DNA of 64,000 nt, from assembly GCF_020745735.1 (NCBI RefSeq), contig NC_083410.1, positions 46,536,117-46,600,116 on the forward strand, written 5' to 3'. The translations under genes were made by a program, and so were the position numbers. This DNA comes from Hemiscyllium ocellatum (Eukaryota). Under the pieces are notes generated by a model. That model was given only the letters and a program-made list of their open reading frames with translations, ran no database searches and had not been told where the DNA came from. This document shows positions 24,596 to 38,389 of the stretch, piece by piece; within the stretch, counting starts at the first letter, position 1, and each line of letters starts with the position of its first letter.

Positions 24596-25899
24596 CAACT
24601 AAGGAGTACTTTAAATTATCCATACTGCAACGATAAAACACTATAAATGAGCAAATTTGTATAGTCTGAATAAAGTGAAATATCATATATTCTTTGTGAT
24701 AAGTTCTAAGTAACAAAATTATAATCTTTATAAAGCTGTTCATGCATATTTTAGCAGAATGGCATTATCTGAAGATGTAAGTTAACACAGAACACTATGT
24801 TTTATATTATCATACTTAATGCAAACTTTCAAGTCTTTAAAAGTGAGTCATGTTTTCAATGGAAATCAGCAAATATGCAGTTGCCATTTTTATCTTTATA
24901 AAACAAACCTAGCTGTCAACTCTGACAGCAAGCCAGGAGCCATATAATCTACATGTTTGTTCTTTGGCAGAAATCTATTATTTCATGGAACATTTTAAAA
25001 GAATTTCAATTATTGATATGGGAAATGGTTTTGTTGCAGTACATAGAACTATTCCATGAATAAATTACCTATAAAAAACATTTTAATGTGGAGCTTTATT
25101 TGTTTTATAAATGTATCCTCTCAGTAAACATACAACATCAGGACAAAATTGATGTTTTATTTTTTTGATGGTCTCACTAAAGAATTATCAGAAAGTTTAG
25201 ATATTTTGGAAAGTGATGAATCACCATTTACAGGTTTTTCAAGAGCAAGGAACAAATCATTTTATATTGCATGCTTAAGTTTTAATACTCTGAAAATTGA
25301 TCAGTTTTGCTGAATAACTGAGTTTTGGCTTCCACCTAAGTGATCTGTATAAGAAGAGTTGACACAAAACGTCACCTGTTAAGTGGTATTGGTAGATCTG
25401 ATTTATTTAAATGCTGCATTCTGTTTAGTTGTCTGGAATACTGTACTCGTAATTTGCTGAATAAAGAGCCTGATGTGGTTACTGTTGTAAACAATTATCA
25501 TATTCCTTTCTCTTCAGTCATAGTCTCCTGAGAATACCAATTTCCAGCTAGTGTGCACTCAAAACAGGACTCTCCTGAAGTGATTCTGTGTGGGTATGGA
25601 CTGAATCCAATTGTTTAGCTCCAGACTTGGAGTTACACAGAGACCTATTGTATTAGCAGCAGACTTTTGTAAGGCAAAGCTGGCCAGTAAAGTTCTCAGT
25701 GGATGCTTATCATTGATAACAGATGCGGGAACACTGACCAAATTCCCAAAGTATTTATCATCAGTGTGAGATACACATGGTTGGCATGTTTGTGCCATGC
25801 TGCTATTGGGAATTGGTATCTTTGTTGTCCCCTGTCTTCTTTTGCATTTGGTGCAGATAGAGGGTATAGCATTCAACCTTTCCATCCATCATTGATGAG

Positions 25900-26330
25900 A
25901 CTTGACAGTATTGGCTGCAGCTGCATCAGCGAGATGGGCACGAAGCGAATGCATGGCGACAGTAGAATTGAGCTTGGGCCAGTATGGTACTCAGTGGTAT
26001 CAGTGGCGCTCTCATTGGCGATGTCCAGTGAGCACTCATAGTGCCTAGGCATTGGTGGAAATGAGATGGCATCTGAGAATGTCAACCTTCATTCCAGCAG
26101 CACAGTGAAGGGATTTCCTGCCTGTCCACTAGTCTCATGTCTCATGGCAGAGCACTTAACAAGAAGGACTGCAAAGTTTTCTGTATTTCTCTATTTTTCT
26201 GCCTCTTTATTCTATGTTTTGGTTTCTTTTTCTGTGTTTTAATGTGGTGCTAGAGATTGGCAACACTATGCAACACTTTTCACTAGATTTTGTTACAAAA
26301 TACATATGACAATAAATGAATTAAATTAAA
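25900..26330 (+). mobile_element. Non-autonomous repeat with Rex1-like tail
   Basis: Same 3' end as 15070-15150 (cttttcact...tgacaataaat + AATTA repeats). Confidence 0.5.
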
Positions 26331-26871
26331 CAAAACTGAGGTGTACTGTGAAGTTGTCCAATTGAACAGTTTATACAGAACCACCTTGACTTCATAAGCT
26401 GTGCTTTAAAGAGAAAATTGTCTGTTATGCCAATCTAACACTTCTCCAGCCTTTTGTTTAGCTAACTGGTTTATTTTCCAGTCGGTTCTTTGCTTCTATG
26501 CATTAGTTGGCAAGAATATTAAAGTCTTGAAGCCTTTGGAAAGGCTGGAAAATTTTCTCATCTCCCTTTGTAGTGATCTATCTTTACACAATCCTGAGAA
26601 GTGCCTGTTGTTATCACTTGATACCAGTTCAAAATCTATATGTGTCATTTTTGTATCAGCTTAAGAAAGCATGGAACACAAAAGGCCATTCATCCTTGAG
26701 TCCAATATTATCCTATTTGAAGCAACAGCAATGAGGTGAACGTACTGTTATTTTAGCGGTGTACTGCTGATCTGATGCTCTGTTTTATCGCCTTGGAGTA
26801 TCAGAGAAACTTTGCAGAAGCCTCAGTGGGCAGATTCTTGGGATGCTTTATAAATTTAAAAAATACTGTTA

Positions 26872-27335
26872 AATTGAATTAAATTGAATAAAATTTATTG
26901 TCACATTTACTGAGGCACAGTGAAAAGCTTTGTCTTGCGAGCAATACAGGCAGATCACAGAGTTAAGTAGCATAGACAAGTAAATAATAGGTAAACAGCG
27001 GCAAAAACAAAAACACCAGTACCAGTAGGATAGAAACTCTTTTGAAACCAGCTGGTGCGTGTGTTCAGGCTTCTGTACCTTCTGCCCGATGGTAGAAATT
27101 GTAGAAAAACTTTGCCAGGGTGGGATGGATCTTTGAGAGTGCTGGCAGCCTTTCCTTGACAGCGGGCCTAGTCGATGGATTCTATAGATGGGAGGTTGGC
27201 CTTTGTGAATGGGCCGAGTTCACTACTCTCTGTAATCATCTTGAATGTTACAGTTGCTACACCAGGTAGTGATACACCCAGACAGAATGCTCTCGGTAGC
27301 ACACCTGTAAAAGCTGGCAAGGGTATTTGCCATCA
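26872..27335 (-). mobile_element. Rex1/Babar LINE 3' fragment
   Basis: Minus frame AASTLKDPSHPGKVFLQFLPSGRRYRSLNTRTSWFQKSFYP is the characteristic Rex1 C-terminus. Confidence 0.85.
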
Positions 27336-30300
27336 TGTGATTATGTATCAATGCAAAATTAAAATCGGAACATAATTCAAATTTTGTAACTAAAATGTAA
27401 CATTAATATGAAGGTTCTCATGTTAAAAATGGTAGCAGTTACTTGTTTCAAATTATGTTATATTTCCTTCTTATACCAGTAGGTGGTGACATAATATGAT
27501 TTCTAACCTTAATTTGCCCATAAACAAAGGACATATTGAGCTGAATCTTCCCATATTTTGTCAATTTTGGAGAGTTTCATAATGGATGTCCTTCCATGAA
27601 CCCGGCGACTATTCTCAAACAATTCTCTGTGGCTCACATCATTGATTAACACTCAGTCTCCATGGCACCATTCTCTGACAATCCTGCAGTCAGCAGAGTA
27701 GGATGTGCTCCCAGGGCTAGGACCACCAGGCAATCACACATATGCCATGTTCAAATGCTGCAAGCCTGGAACTGTCCTTAATGTATTGCTGCACTCTAAA
27801 CAACACCAAGTCATCCACCAGGAGAAGTGGCAAACACCTAAGGTAGCAAGATTTCAGACGTGGCACCTTGGCATCCTCTATGTAGCAAAAAACATATAAC
27901 ATAGAACAATACAGTGCAAAACAGACCCTTCGGCCTGTGAACTAATCTAAGCTCATCCCCCTACACTATCCCATCATCATCCATGTGCTTATCCAAGGAT
28001 TGTTTAAATCTCCCTAATGCGGCTGAGTTAACTACATTGGCAGGCAGGGCACTCCACGCCCTTCCCACTCTCTGAGCAAAGAACCTGTCTCTGACATCTG
28101 TCTTAAATCTATCACCCCTCAAGTTGTAGTTATGCCTCCTCATACAAGCTGACATCATCATCCTAGGAAAAAGACTTCCACTGTCTACCTTACCTAATCC
28201 TCTGATCATCTTGTATGTCTCCATCAAATTCCCTCTTAGCCTTCTTCTTTCCAATGAGAACAGACCCAAGTCTCTCAGCCTTTCCTCATAAGACCTTCCC
28301 TCCAGACCAGGCAACATCCTGGTAAATCTCCTCTGCACCTTTTCTAATGCTTCCACATCCTCTCTGTAATGAGGTGACCAGAGCTGTACGCAATAATCCA
28401 AGTACAGCAACATGAGCGTTTTGTATAGTTGCAACATGACAATGCGGCTCCAGAACTCAGTCCCTCTACCAATAAAACCTAATACATCATATGCTTTCAT
28501 AACAGTACTATCAACCTGGGTGACAATTTTCAGTGATCTATGTACATGGACTTCAAGATCCCACTGCACATCCACACTACCAATAATCTTTCCATTGACC
28601 CAGTATTCTGCCTTCCTGTTATTCTTCCCAAAACGGATCACCTCGCATTTATCTGCATTGAACTATATTTGCCATGTCTCAGCCCAATTCTGCAGTTTAT
28701 CCAAGTTCGCCTATAACCTGCAACATTCTTCCACACTGTCCACTACTCCATCAACTTTAGTGTCATCTGCAAACTTACTAACCCATCCACAGCCTGTGAC
28801 TAAATCATTTATAAAAATGGTCCCAAAACAAATCCTTGTGACACACCATTAGTAACCAGACTCCAGGCTGAATATTTTCCATCAAGAATCACTCGGTGCT
28901 TTCTTTCAGTTTCTAATCCAAACTGCTAAATCACTTTCAATCCCATGCCTCTGCATTTTTTCCAACAGCCTACCATATGGAACCTTATCAAAAGCTTTAC
29001 TGAAGTCCATGTGCACCACGTCAACTGCCCTGCCCTCATTCACATGTTTGGTCACCTTCTCAAAAAACTCAATGAGGTTTGTGAGACATGAGCTGCCCTT
29101 GTTGACTATCTGCAATCAAATTGTTGCTTGCTAGATGATTATAAATCCTATCTCTTATAATCCTTTCCAAAATTTTTTCTACAATAGATGTAAAGCTCAC
29201 TGGTCGATAATTACTAGTTCATCTCTACTGCCCTTCTTGAAAAAGGGCACAACATCTGCAATCCTCTATCTTCTGGTACTAAACCTGTAGACAATGACGA
29301 CTCAAAGGTCAAAGCCAAAGGCTCCGCCATCTCCTCCCTAACTTCACTGTGAATCCTCAAATAAATCCCATCCAATCCAGGGAACTTGTCTACTTTCACT
29401 CCTTCTAGAATTAATAACACCTCTTCCTTTCTAACCTTGATCCTTTCCAGTCTAATATCTCACATCTCATTCTTCTCCTCTACAATATTCTCCTTTTTCT
29501 GAGTGAAAACCAATCAGAAATGTTTGTTTAGCACCTCTCCGATCTCCACAGGGTCCACACACAACTTCCCACTTCTATCTTTGACTGGCCCTATTCCTAC
29601 CCTAATCATCCTTTTATTCCTCACATACCTAGAGAAAGCTTTAGGGTTATCCTTTATTCTACCTGCTAAAGACTGCTCATGTCCTCTCTTTGCTCTTCTT
29701 AACTCTGTTTAAACCCTTTCTAGCTAATCTGTAACTCTCCATTGGCTTACCTGGACCATCTTGTCTCATCGACACATAAGCCTCCTTCTTCCACTTAACA
29801 AGAAATGCAATTTCTGTCGTAAATCATGGTTCCTTTATCTTATCACTTCCTGACAGGGACATACCTATCAAGGACATGCAATATCTGTTCCTTAAACCAG
29901 CTCCACACTTCAATTGTCCCTATCCCCTGCATTTTGCTACCGCATTTTTTGCATCCGAAGTGTTGCCTTATCGCATTATAATTGCCCTTGCCCAATCGAT
30001 AACTCTTGCCCTGTGGCAAATGCCTATCCCTTTCCATTGCTAAACTAGATATAACTGAATTATGGTCACTCTCTCCAAAGTGCTCACCTATCACTAAATC
30101 AAACATCTGGCCTGGTTCATTACCAAGCACCAGATCCAGTGTAGCCTCCCCTCTTGTCAGCCCTTCGACATACTGTGTCAGGAAACCCCCCCACCCCGTA
30201 CACATTGGACAAAAACTGATCCAACTGACATAATAGAGTTGTAGCATTTCCAGTCAATGTTGGGGAAGTTAAAGTCCCCCATAATGACCACCCTGTTCCT

Positions 30301-30697
30301 TTCACTTCTACACAGAACCATTTTGCCCATCCTCCCCTCCACTTCCCTGGAACTCTGCGGAGGCCTATAAAAAAACTCTCAGCAGTGTGACCTCTCCTCT
30401 CCTGTTTCTAACGTCAGCCCATACTACCTCAGTAGACAAGTCCTCGTCAGAAGTTCTTTCAACCACCATTAAACTGTCCATGACTAACAAGGCCACACCT
30501 CCCTCTCTTTTACCACCTTGCCTATTCTTAATGAAAGATCTAACCCTGGAACCTGCAACATCCATTCCTGACCCTGCTCTATCCATGTCTCCGAAATGGC
30601 CACAACATTGCAGTCCCAGGTACATATCCATGTTGCAAATTCACCTACCTTATTTTGGATACTTCTGGTGTTGAAGGAGACATACTTCAAACCAGCT

Positions 30698-30823
30698 TCT
30701 GGATTAGTGGTGCTGGAAAAGCACAGCAGTTCAGGCAGCATCCGAGGAGCAGTAAAATCGACGTTTCGGGCAAAAGCCCTTCATCAGGAATACAGGTAGA
30801 GTGCCTGAAGGGTGGCGAGATAA
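30698..30823 (-). mobile_element. Short PLE family A insertion in CR1 with intact hammerhead core
   Basis: Matches 47085-47175; interrupts CR1 just upstream of the endonuclease motifs. Confidence 0.85.
30756..30791 (-). ncRNA. Minimal type I hammerhead ribozyme (family A)
   Basis: AUUC-CUGAUGA-A-GGGC-UUUU-GCCC-GAAAC-GUC-GAUU on minus strand. Confidence 0.75.
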
Positions 30824-31496
30824 AGCCTTTTTACCTACACTTCAAACTAGCTCCCAACTCACATCCTCCTGTGCACTGGAACTCCACCTCAGGTTCCCAT
30901 CCCCCTGCTGAGCCTACATACATCTTAAAGATGATATGTTCAATTTTCACAGATCCCCAAGATCATTTTAAGGCTCCATGTAGTTTCAGCTCAGACCCTT
31001 TTGTTTTTTTGAAGCAGGACAGTAATTCTTTCCTGGCCCATCCACCTGCTCAGTAACCCTCCATTGTCCTCTATAAGTTGGTTGACTATCCAGATAATTT
31101 TGTTTTTGCTTGGCCTCTTCTGCATGCATCTATTGATCCTCCAATCCCTTGAGATTCATAAGACTCATCCTCTCTCTGACCTCACTTCTTGTTTTTTTTC
31201 ATTGTGTTGGTTGGGTTCTTGATACTGAGACTAAGGACACCCCACTCTTCAGCCCAATTAACTGCCTTCATACAGTGATCTAAAGCAGGAGAATCTCATG
31301 CTTCCCTTCTCTGCTGGCAGCTCAAAGTCAAATAACAGATTTTGAACACAAATCTGAGAATTATTTAAAGTTGAGCAAGGAAATAGGAAAGCAGAGAAGA
31401 AAAAGGTTTACCTGACAGAAATAAGGAATGGTGATGAGAGCTTCCCTTAGCCAAATCAAATCCAGTTGAGGACCTAAGAGTTATTTTGTACCATGG

Positions 31497-31846
31497 AAAT
31501 AGAACCCTTACAGTATGAAAGCGGGCCATTCATCCCATCAAGGCAATAACGACCCTCCAAAGAGTGTCCCACCCAGACGCATCCCCCTACTCCAACCCTG
31601 TAACCCTGCATTTTCCCATGGCTAATCCACCTAGCCTGCACATCCCTAGACACTATGGACAATTTAGCATGGCCAATCCACCTAACGTGCACAACTTTGG
31701 ACTTTGGGGCCACCCAGAGGTAAGCCACACAGGACTCGGGGAGATTGTGCAAACTCCACACAGACTGTCTCCCAAGAGTGGAATCAAACATGGGTCCCTG
31801 GCACTGTATGGCAGCAGTGCTAACCACAGAGTCATCAAGCCACCTG
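31497..31846 (-). mobile_element. Older HE1-type V-SINE
   Basis: V domain, gcagcagtgctaaccac head, CR1-like tail. Confidence 0.88.
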
Positions 31847-32352
31847 TGTCTATCTACAGAAAGCAATTAAAGTTGTCTGGGACTCAATGTTGCGTTGCAA
31901 AGTGAAAAGAACAACTGAATCAAGGAGTTTCAGTTTTGAAGTATATTTGTCCATAACATCAAAATGAAGATAGCTGTGGTTCAAAGGATCAACCTGAAAC
32001 CAAAGCTGAGAGGGCAGTTTTGCCTGCAGCCTCATAGGTTGACACAGAGTCAAAGCAATAAAAACACAATGTGCATGATGAATGAAATAAAGTCTGCCAA
32101 CATCAACATTTGAAAGGATGTGGACCAGCAGGTAGTTTGAATTAGAGTGACCCTGCGACCTGGCCCAAATGTGATGATCATATATGATAAATGTTGGTGA
32201 AACAGTGGCCAGAACAGATTCAGCTGTTCAATTTCTCAGTGTGGCAATCAAAGAAAATCTCAACAAATCAGTATAAAAGGATGCTTGCCAAGAAGAGAAG
32301 AAATGCACCATCAGTGGCTTCAGTAATCCATTTTAAAGGACTTTGTCTAAAA

Positions 32353-32505
32353 GCAAAATTCTGCTGATGCTGAAGACAGAAAATGTTGCAGAAACTCAGC
32401 AGTTTGGAAGCAACTGTGAATAAAGAAACAGAGTTAACATTTTGAATCTAATGACTCTTCTTTGGAACAGATTTTGCTGGGTTTCTCCAGCAGTTTCCGC
32501 TTTTC
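32353..32505. mobile_element. Decayed PLE family C terminal remnant with partial inversion
   Basis: ctgctgatgctg...agagttaacattttga matches reverse complement of 7200-7278 and 63133-63213. Confidence 0.45.
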
Positions 32506-33350
32506 TTGATGGGTTAAGTAAGTGGATAAAAAGTTGGCAAATGGAGCATAAGGTGGAAAATGCAAATTTGTTCATGAAGGAGGAGAGAACAGAAGAACAG
32601 AGTGTTTTTTTAAATGGAGAAAAACTACAGAAAGCTGCAGCACAACAGGACTTAGGGGGATACTTGAGCATGAGACACAGAAAACTAGCACACTGGTCCA
32701 GCAGGTAATCAGGAAGGCCAATGGAATATTGGCCCTTATTTCAAGGAGGTTGAAGTATAAGAGTAGGGAACTCTTACTGCAACTTTACAAGGCACTGGTG
32801 AGATCACATCTGGAATATTGTGAGCAGTATTCATCCAATTATTTAAGGAAAGATATCATTTCATTGGAGGCAGTTCACAGAAGGTTTACTCGGATGATGA
32901 TTGATATAGAGGGATTGTTTTATGAGCAAAGGCTAAACAGATTGGAACTTGAATCACTGAAGTTTAGAAGAAAGAGAGATGATCTTGTTGAAACATAAAA
33001 GATTCTTAAGGGATTTAACAGGATAAGTGGGAGAATCTAGCACCAAATAGCACAGTCTCAAAATAAAGTGATGCTCAGTTAAGACTGAGATGTGGAGGAA
33101 TTTCTCCTCTCAGAAGGCTGAATGTCTTTGGGACTCTTTGCCACAGAATGCTGTGGGAGTAGAGCCCTTGTGTAAACAGTATTTAAAGCTGTGATAGGTT
33201 ATTGATCAGTAGGGGAATCAACCATTACAGGGAAGGGATGGGAAAGTGAACATGAAGAATGTCGGATCAACCGTGATCCTACGAATGGTGGAGCACTCTC
33301 GAGCAGCTGTATGGCTTGCTTCTGTTCCTATTTCTTATGGCCTTATGATC
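32506..33350 (+). mobile_element. CR1 3' ORF2 and tail
   Basis: ORF 32729-32998 LLQLYKALVRSHLEYC; TATGGCCTTATG tail. Confidence 0.9.
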
Positions 33351-33379
33351 TTCAAGACATGGGCAAAACCAAGGTGTTT

Positions 33380-34010
33380 CTTGTAGCTCCAGAGTGATGA
33401 AAGAAATCTTGGGAGATGCAAGTGAACTTGCTGAGGATTTGAAGATACTAATATACTTTGAATCATTTCTATATTAAGAGAAAGAGAAACAGATTGCACA
33501 TTAAGCAGATAATCAACCTATTCAGAACCCCAGGAAAAAATTTAAAATGAACTTTTATTTTGCAGTCCTTGAAACAGCAATTCAGTTGGTTGAAGAATGA
33601 ATTACGCAGATGCATCATATTGAGTCTGTGTACATCATTGGAAATTATTAAAAATTGCTTCGAACAGGAGCAATGGGGATGCAAAAGGCAGCAATGCCAC
33701 AAATTTGTACAGCAATTTACGAGCCATTGTAAGACAAGTTAGAATGCATACACCGCCAAAAGATTTATTGAACTTTGTAAATATAAGCTATGTTTTCAAT
33801 ACATTTATTCTGTTCCACTTAGAGCCTTCCCTGTTTCTGTGGTCTGAGGTGATCCAAGCCAAAGTCAATCAAAAAACGCATTCATTCCTCAATGACGCAA
33901 GGAAGACTAGTTGACCTATCCACCTTGTCAACAGGACGTGAAACAGCACAAGATATTGACCAGAAGGAACTTGTTTCTACATTTGCTAAATTAAACACCA
34001 AGGAAAATAA
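33380..34010 (+). mobile_element. hAT-superfamily transposase C-terminal (dimerisation domain) remnant
   Basis: FKMNFYFAVLETAIQLVEE and HSSMTQGRLVDLSTLSTGRETAQDIDQKELVSTFAK match the hATC RSTMTQERL..LA.LSIE..A..LD....I..FA pattern. Confidence 0.8.
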
Positions 34011-34829
34011 CACCATAAATTCTGGATCAGCTTTGATGAAGAAATATAGTGCAGCATCATGTGAACCATGTTATATATTGATATGCACTTCTTCTGGTAC
34101 ATATAATATCCTGTGAAAATTGCAGAACAATAAGAATGTACACTCAGTATCATAATATACTTCTCATGTAAAATAAATGCAGTTTTTATTTGTAGCAACA
34201 TCAAATTTAGTCAGTTCCAGTTATCCAAGGTGTGAGTACAAAGTTGAACGTGACAATGCATCCAAAAAGATTAAGCCAGCATATGATGCCTGTCCAAATA
34301 GAGTAGACATGTGATCTCGCGTGTTGGATAATGGTGAGGAGAGATTGAACCCATTTTTTTCATGCACCCTGAATGCTAGTGACCAAATAAATTACTCTCA
34401 GAACATCAAGTATTGTCTATGATTTTTGGAGTAAGATGCAAAATGACTTGTATGGTCATTGTTTCAAAACTGATCATAAACCACTGTTGGTTCTCACTTT
34501 AGCCACTGACAGCAGCCATTTTAGCTGCAGCCAGAATGTAATGTTGGCCTTTGTCTTTGTCAGTTATAAGTACATCTGAAATACAAAGGATTGGATGGTC
34601 ATTGTAATGTTGATGTGATGTTGAGATTTCCATCTCCAACAAAGTAGAATCCAGCAGGAAAGATGTGTTGACCATCACAGCAGATAACATTGGTAGCACA
34701 ACTTATCAACTATATCACAAATGGCTGGCTAACATAATATGGGATTTAGAAATCAGACCTTTTTTTCTCTCCATCAAAATGGGTTTTGAGATGATAAATG
34801 TGTTATGTAAGGAGCCAGAGTTGTAATTC

Positions 34830-36105
34830 AGGAAAGGTATAGATCACAGTTGCTATGTAACATTCATGATCAGCATGTAAAGAAGTGTAAGCAAGAAGTC
34901 ATCTTTAGAGGCCAGGGTTTGATAAGGACATAGAGGCACAGTGAAATGGTGTAGAATTAAACTATAGAAAGAAGTTGCCATTGATATTTTTGAAATGGGG
35001 AATTGGCCAATTAGAATGTGGCAGAGGCAGCGCTTTGATTTTGCAGAATTTGAAGGGCAGCAGCTTTTCGTTGTTTTAGACAGCCATTTGAAGCATGTTA
35101 AAGTGTTTCTAATGGGTTGAACAACAACCAGCAACACAGGGTCCTATTTTCTTTGTCATTTATATAAATGATTTGGATGAGAATACAGTAGGCATGGTTA
35201 GCAAGTTTCTGGATGACACTAGAATTGGTGGCATAGTAGACAGTGAAGAAGATTTCTAACTTTAGAAATGGATCTTGATCAAATGGGTCAATGGATTGAA
35301 AAATGGCGTTTAGAGTTTAATCTGGATAAATGTGAGGTATTGCATTTTGGTAGAACAAACAAGGGTAAGGCTTATACAATTAACAGTAGTGTCTTGGAAA
35401 CCACTGTAGAACAGAGGGACTGAGAGATTCAGTACATACTTCTTTGAAGTTTGTGTCACATATAGACAAGGTGGTTAAAAAGCCATTTGGTACATTTGCC
35501 TTCATTGCTCAGTCTTTTGTATATAGGAATTGGAACGTCACGTTGAGGTTGTACAGGACATTTGTGTGGCCTCTTTTGGAATATTGTGTCCAGTATGGTC
35601 GCTCTGTTACAGGAAGGATATTATTAAGCTGGAGAAGGTTCAGGAATTATTTACCAGGATGTTGCCAAGCATGTAAGGTTTGAGTTGTAAAGGAAGGTTG
35701 GATAGGTTTAGATGTTTTTCAATAGAGCAAAAGAGATTGAGAGGCAACCTTATATAAGTTTATAAAATAATGAGGGGTATAGATGCAGTTAGTAGTATTT
35801 GTCTTTTCCCTTAGATGGGGAATTTCAAGACTAGGGGGCATATATTTAAGGTGAGAGAGAGATTTTAAAAAGATATGTGGGGCAATATCTGTACACACAG
35901 GGTGGTTGGTATGTGGAATGAATGCCGTGGGGAAGTGGTGGGTGTGGATACAAATACAATATATAAAAGACTTTTGGATAAGCACATGAATAGGAGAGGT
36001 TTGGAGGGATATAGGCCAGGAGCAGGCAGTACTAACTTAGTTTAGGATTATGTTCAGCATGGACTGGTTGAACTGAAGCATCTGTTTTCATGCTGTATGA
36101 CTCTA
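34830..36105 (+). mobile_element. CR1 RT to 3' tail
   Basis: FVIYINDLDE..GMVSKFLDDT, LDKCEVLHFG, TATGACTCTA tail. Confidence 0.9.
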
Positions 36106-36112
36106 CGATTGT

Positions 36113-37400
36113 ATTAGAGAATTTGCATAGTTTGATTGCTGTTCATGGGCTCCCAGATGAACTTCTGTCTGATAATGGACATCAGTTTTATCATAAAATC
36201 CCAATGGAAGCAGGCAATTTAGTATAACAAGTTGACATTGACCCATTGAAGAGTACCCCTCCCAGACCCATTCCGCTACCCTATTGCACTGCATTTCCCC
36301 TGACTAATGCACCTAACCTACATATCCCCGAACACTATGGGACAATTTAGCATAGCCAATTCACCTAACCTGCATATCTGTGGATTGTGGGAGGAATCTT
36401 GAGTACCAGAGGAAAGCCAATCAGACATGGGGAGAATGTGTAAACTCCACACAGACAGTAGCCTGAGGCTGGAATCGAACCCAGGTCCCTGGTGTTGTGA
36501 GGCAGCAGTGCTAATCACTGAGCCACTGTGCCTCAAAAGTCATCAAATTTTGTGAAGATAAACAGAGTAGAACACACTAGAGTTGCAGCATTTCATCTTG
36601 CTTTGAATGTACACAATACACATTGTGATGTGTTCTCATTGAGCAAATGGCAGTTACAAACTGGGAAAAATGTCAGACATCTCTGAGTCATAAAATGACA
36701 ATTTTGTTTTGTTTATGTAACATAACGCATCTTATACTACTACTGGTAGGATGCCAGCTGTATTGTTTTTCTTTGAAGACAGACTCAAAAAAGTTTTTCT
36801 TTGCTAAAGTCATATTTAGCACAGTCAGTAGAAGAAAACCAATCCAGGCAGGGAGTCACAATAGAGATAGATAGCGGGAGAAAGGAATCTTAAATTGAGC
36901 CAGATGGTTGAGGTAAAAAGAAACATCATAAGTGGTTGCTACAAGAAATATGTAATCGTCACTTACTTAGTCATGATGTTTGGTAGTGGAAAGACTGGGC
37001 TTGGACATGTTAATCATGTCTTATACTTCAGAGGTTCCAGAAGAAAAAGGGAGTTGACAAGATTCAAATGAGTGTGGTGATTTGGGTAGTTGGAATAAGT
37101 GTGGACTATCAATTGTTACTCCACCATAAGTTGTGACTGTAACCAGTTCAGGCCTGAGTCAGAGTCAAACAGACTCCAATGAATGAAAAAATCAATCATT
37201 GTTCGAGAAAATTCCAAAAGTGGGCAAGGTCCTCTCCTCAAGTTCTGAAACTTTGAATCCAGAAAAGAGGCATCATTTTAGGAATAAGAGATCAATCTTT
37301 ATTATATTTGTAAATGAATTGAAAATGAGAAATGCTTATGAGTTTTATGGAATGTTAAAAAATTGTTCAATATTTTCATTAGGGAAAGAAGTGCTTAAAT
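36113..37400 (+). mobile_element. Gypsy integrase core and 3' region remnant (split by SINE)
   Basis: ENLHSLIAVHGLPDELLSDNGHQF / FVKINRVEHTRVAAFH is an rve integrase motif; purine tract near 37381. Confidence 0.8.
36195..36533 (-). mobile_element. HE1-type V-SINE
   Basis: A box TGGCTCAGTGA, B box GGTTCGATTCC, V domain. Confidence 0.9.
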
Positions 37401-37504
37401 ACACCTTATTTGTACATCTGTAATCTATGTGTCATTGAAAAAAAGGTTTAATTCGGGGTTGAACTTCTTTGTGTTGTTTACTATTTTAGTTTGTCCTGAA
37501 AAGA

Positions 37505-37970
37505 TATCACAACCGTGTCTGGAGTATTTTAAGGATATATTGGTCTTAAAAGGAGTGCAGCATTGATTTACCAGGATTATATTCAGGCTTCAAGAGTTAA
37601 ATTAGGGGAAAGATTTGGACTCCATATGGTTAAAGGGTGATTTAAGATTTTAAGGGGAACAAACAGGTTAGCTGGGATAAATTATTTCTGCATGTTGGTT
37701 CAGGTGTGTTATCTCAAATTTGGAGTCAGACCTTTCAGGAGTAGTTAGAAAATATTTCTACAAATGAAAGTTGTGAGAAGTTCATAGCTTACTTTCAAAC
37801 TGGTGATGGATACTAAATAAATTGACCATTTTAAACCTGAGATTGATAGTTGTTTAAAAGCAACTGGTATTCAAGTATTAGGCAAAGGTGGATAACTGGG
37901 GTTAGGTGACTGACAACAAAAATTTCAACTGGCTCAAGGAGCTTATTTACTTTCTGCTGCTCCTATGTCC
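37505..37970 (+). mobile_element. Very old CR1 3' fragment
   Basis: KDILVLKGVQH*FTRII..; FKPEID motifs. Confidence 0.6.
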
Positions 37971-38389
37971 CAATGCCGGGACAAAATCAAATTTTTAAAT
38001 TAAAAATCTAATCATTGTGAATTGTAAGTATTTAAAATGAGAATCTACCATTTCTGACATAAAGTATTTTGTGGGAATAGATATCCTACCCTGTCCCCTT
38101 CCACACTCTTATACACCCCAACCGCAGAAATTGACCTTTTGACTTTTACATTTTGACTAAGTTTTGGGTTTTCATGTATTTATGCTTCCATTTGTTCTGA
38201 TTCAAATGAAAATATCCCAACTACTTAATTCAAAAGTGATACTGAACTAAATCTTCAGAACTCTGCCTCTGGTACCATTTATATGAGCTAGCTAGATGCT
38301 TTGTCATCACAGGTAGACTTGCCACCACCATCCTTTTAGAATTGGATCCACGGAGCCTGGTTTGTCTGATGAATTCAGGAAAATCACAA

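Larger units (their letters stand above)
27891..30920 (-). mobile_element. Long CR1 LINE, near-complete ORF2 (endonuclease + RT), pseudogenised
   Basis: FNTRSIQNKVGE..VAISETW, ATLDLVLGNEPG..GESDH, MDFSKAFDKVP, 226-aa C-terminal ORF 27961-28641. Confidence 0.95.

Noticed and set aside
26746-26839. Minus-strand GT-AG bounded segment
   Set aside because: Stops in all frames and weak acceptor; indistinguishable from a pseudo-exon
27961-28641. 226-aa ORF
   Set aside because: C-terminus of CR1 ORF2 in a copy with many upstream stops and frameshifts
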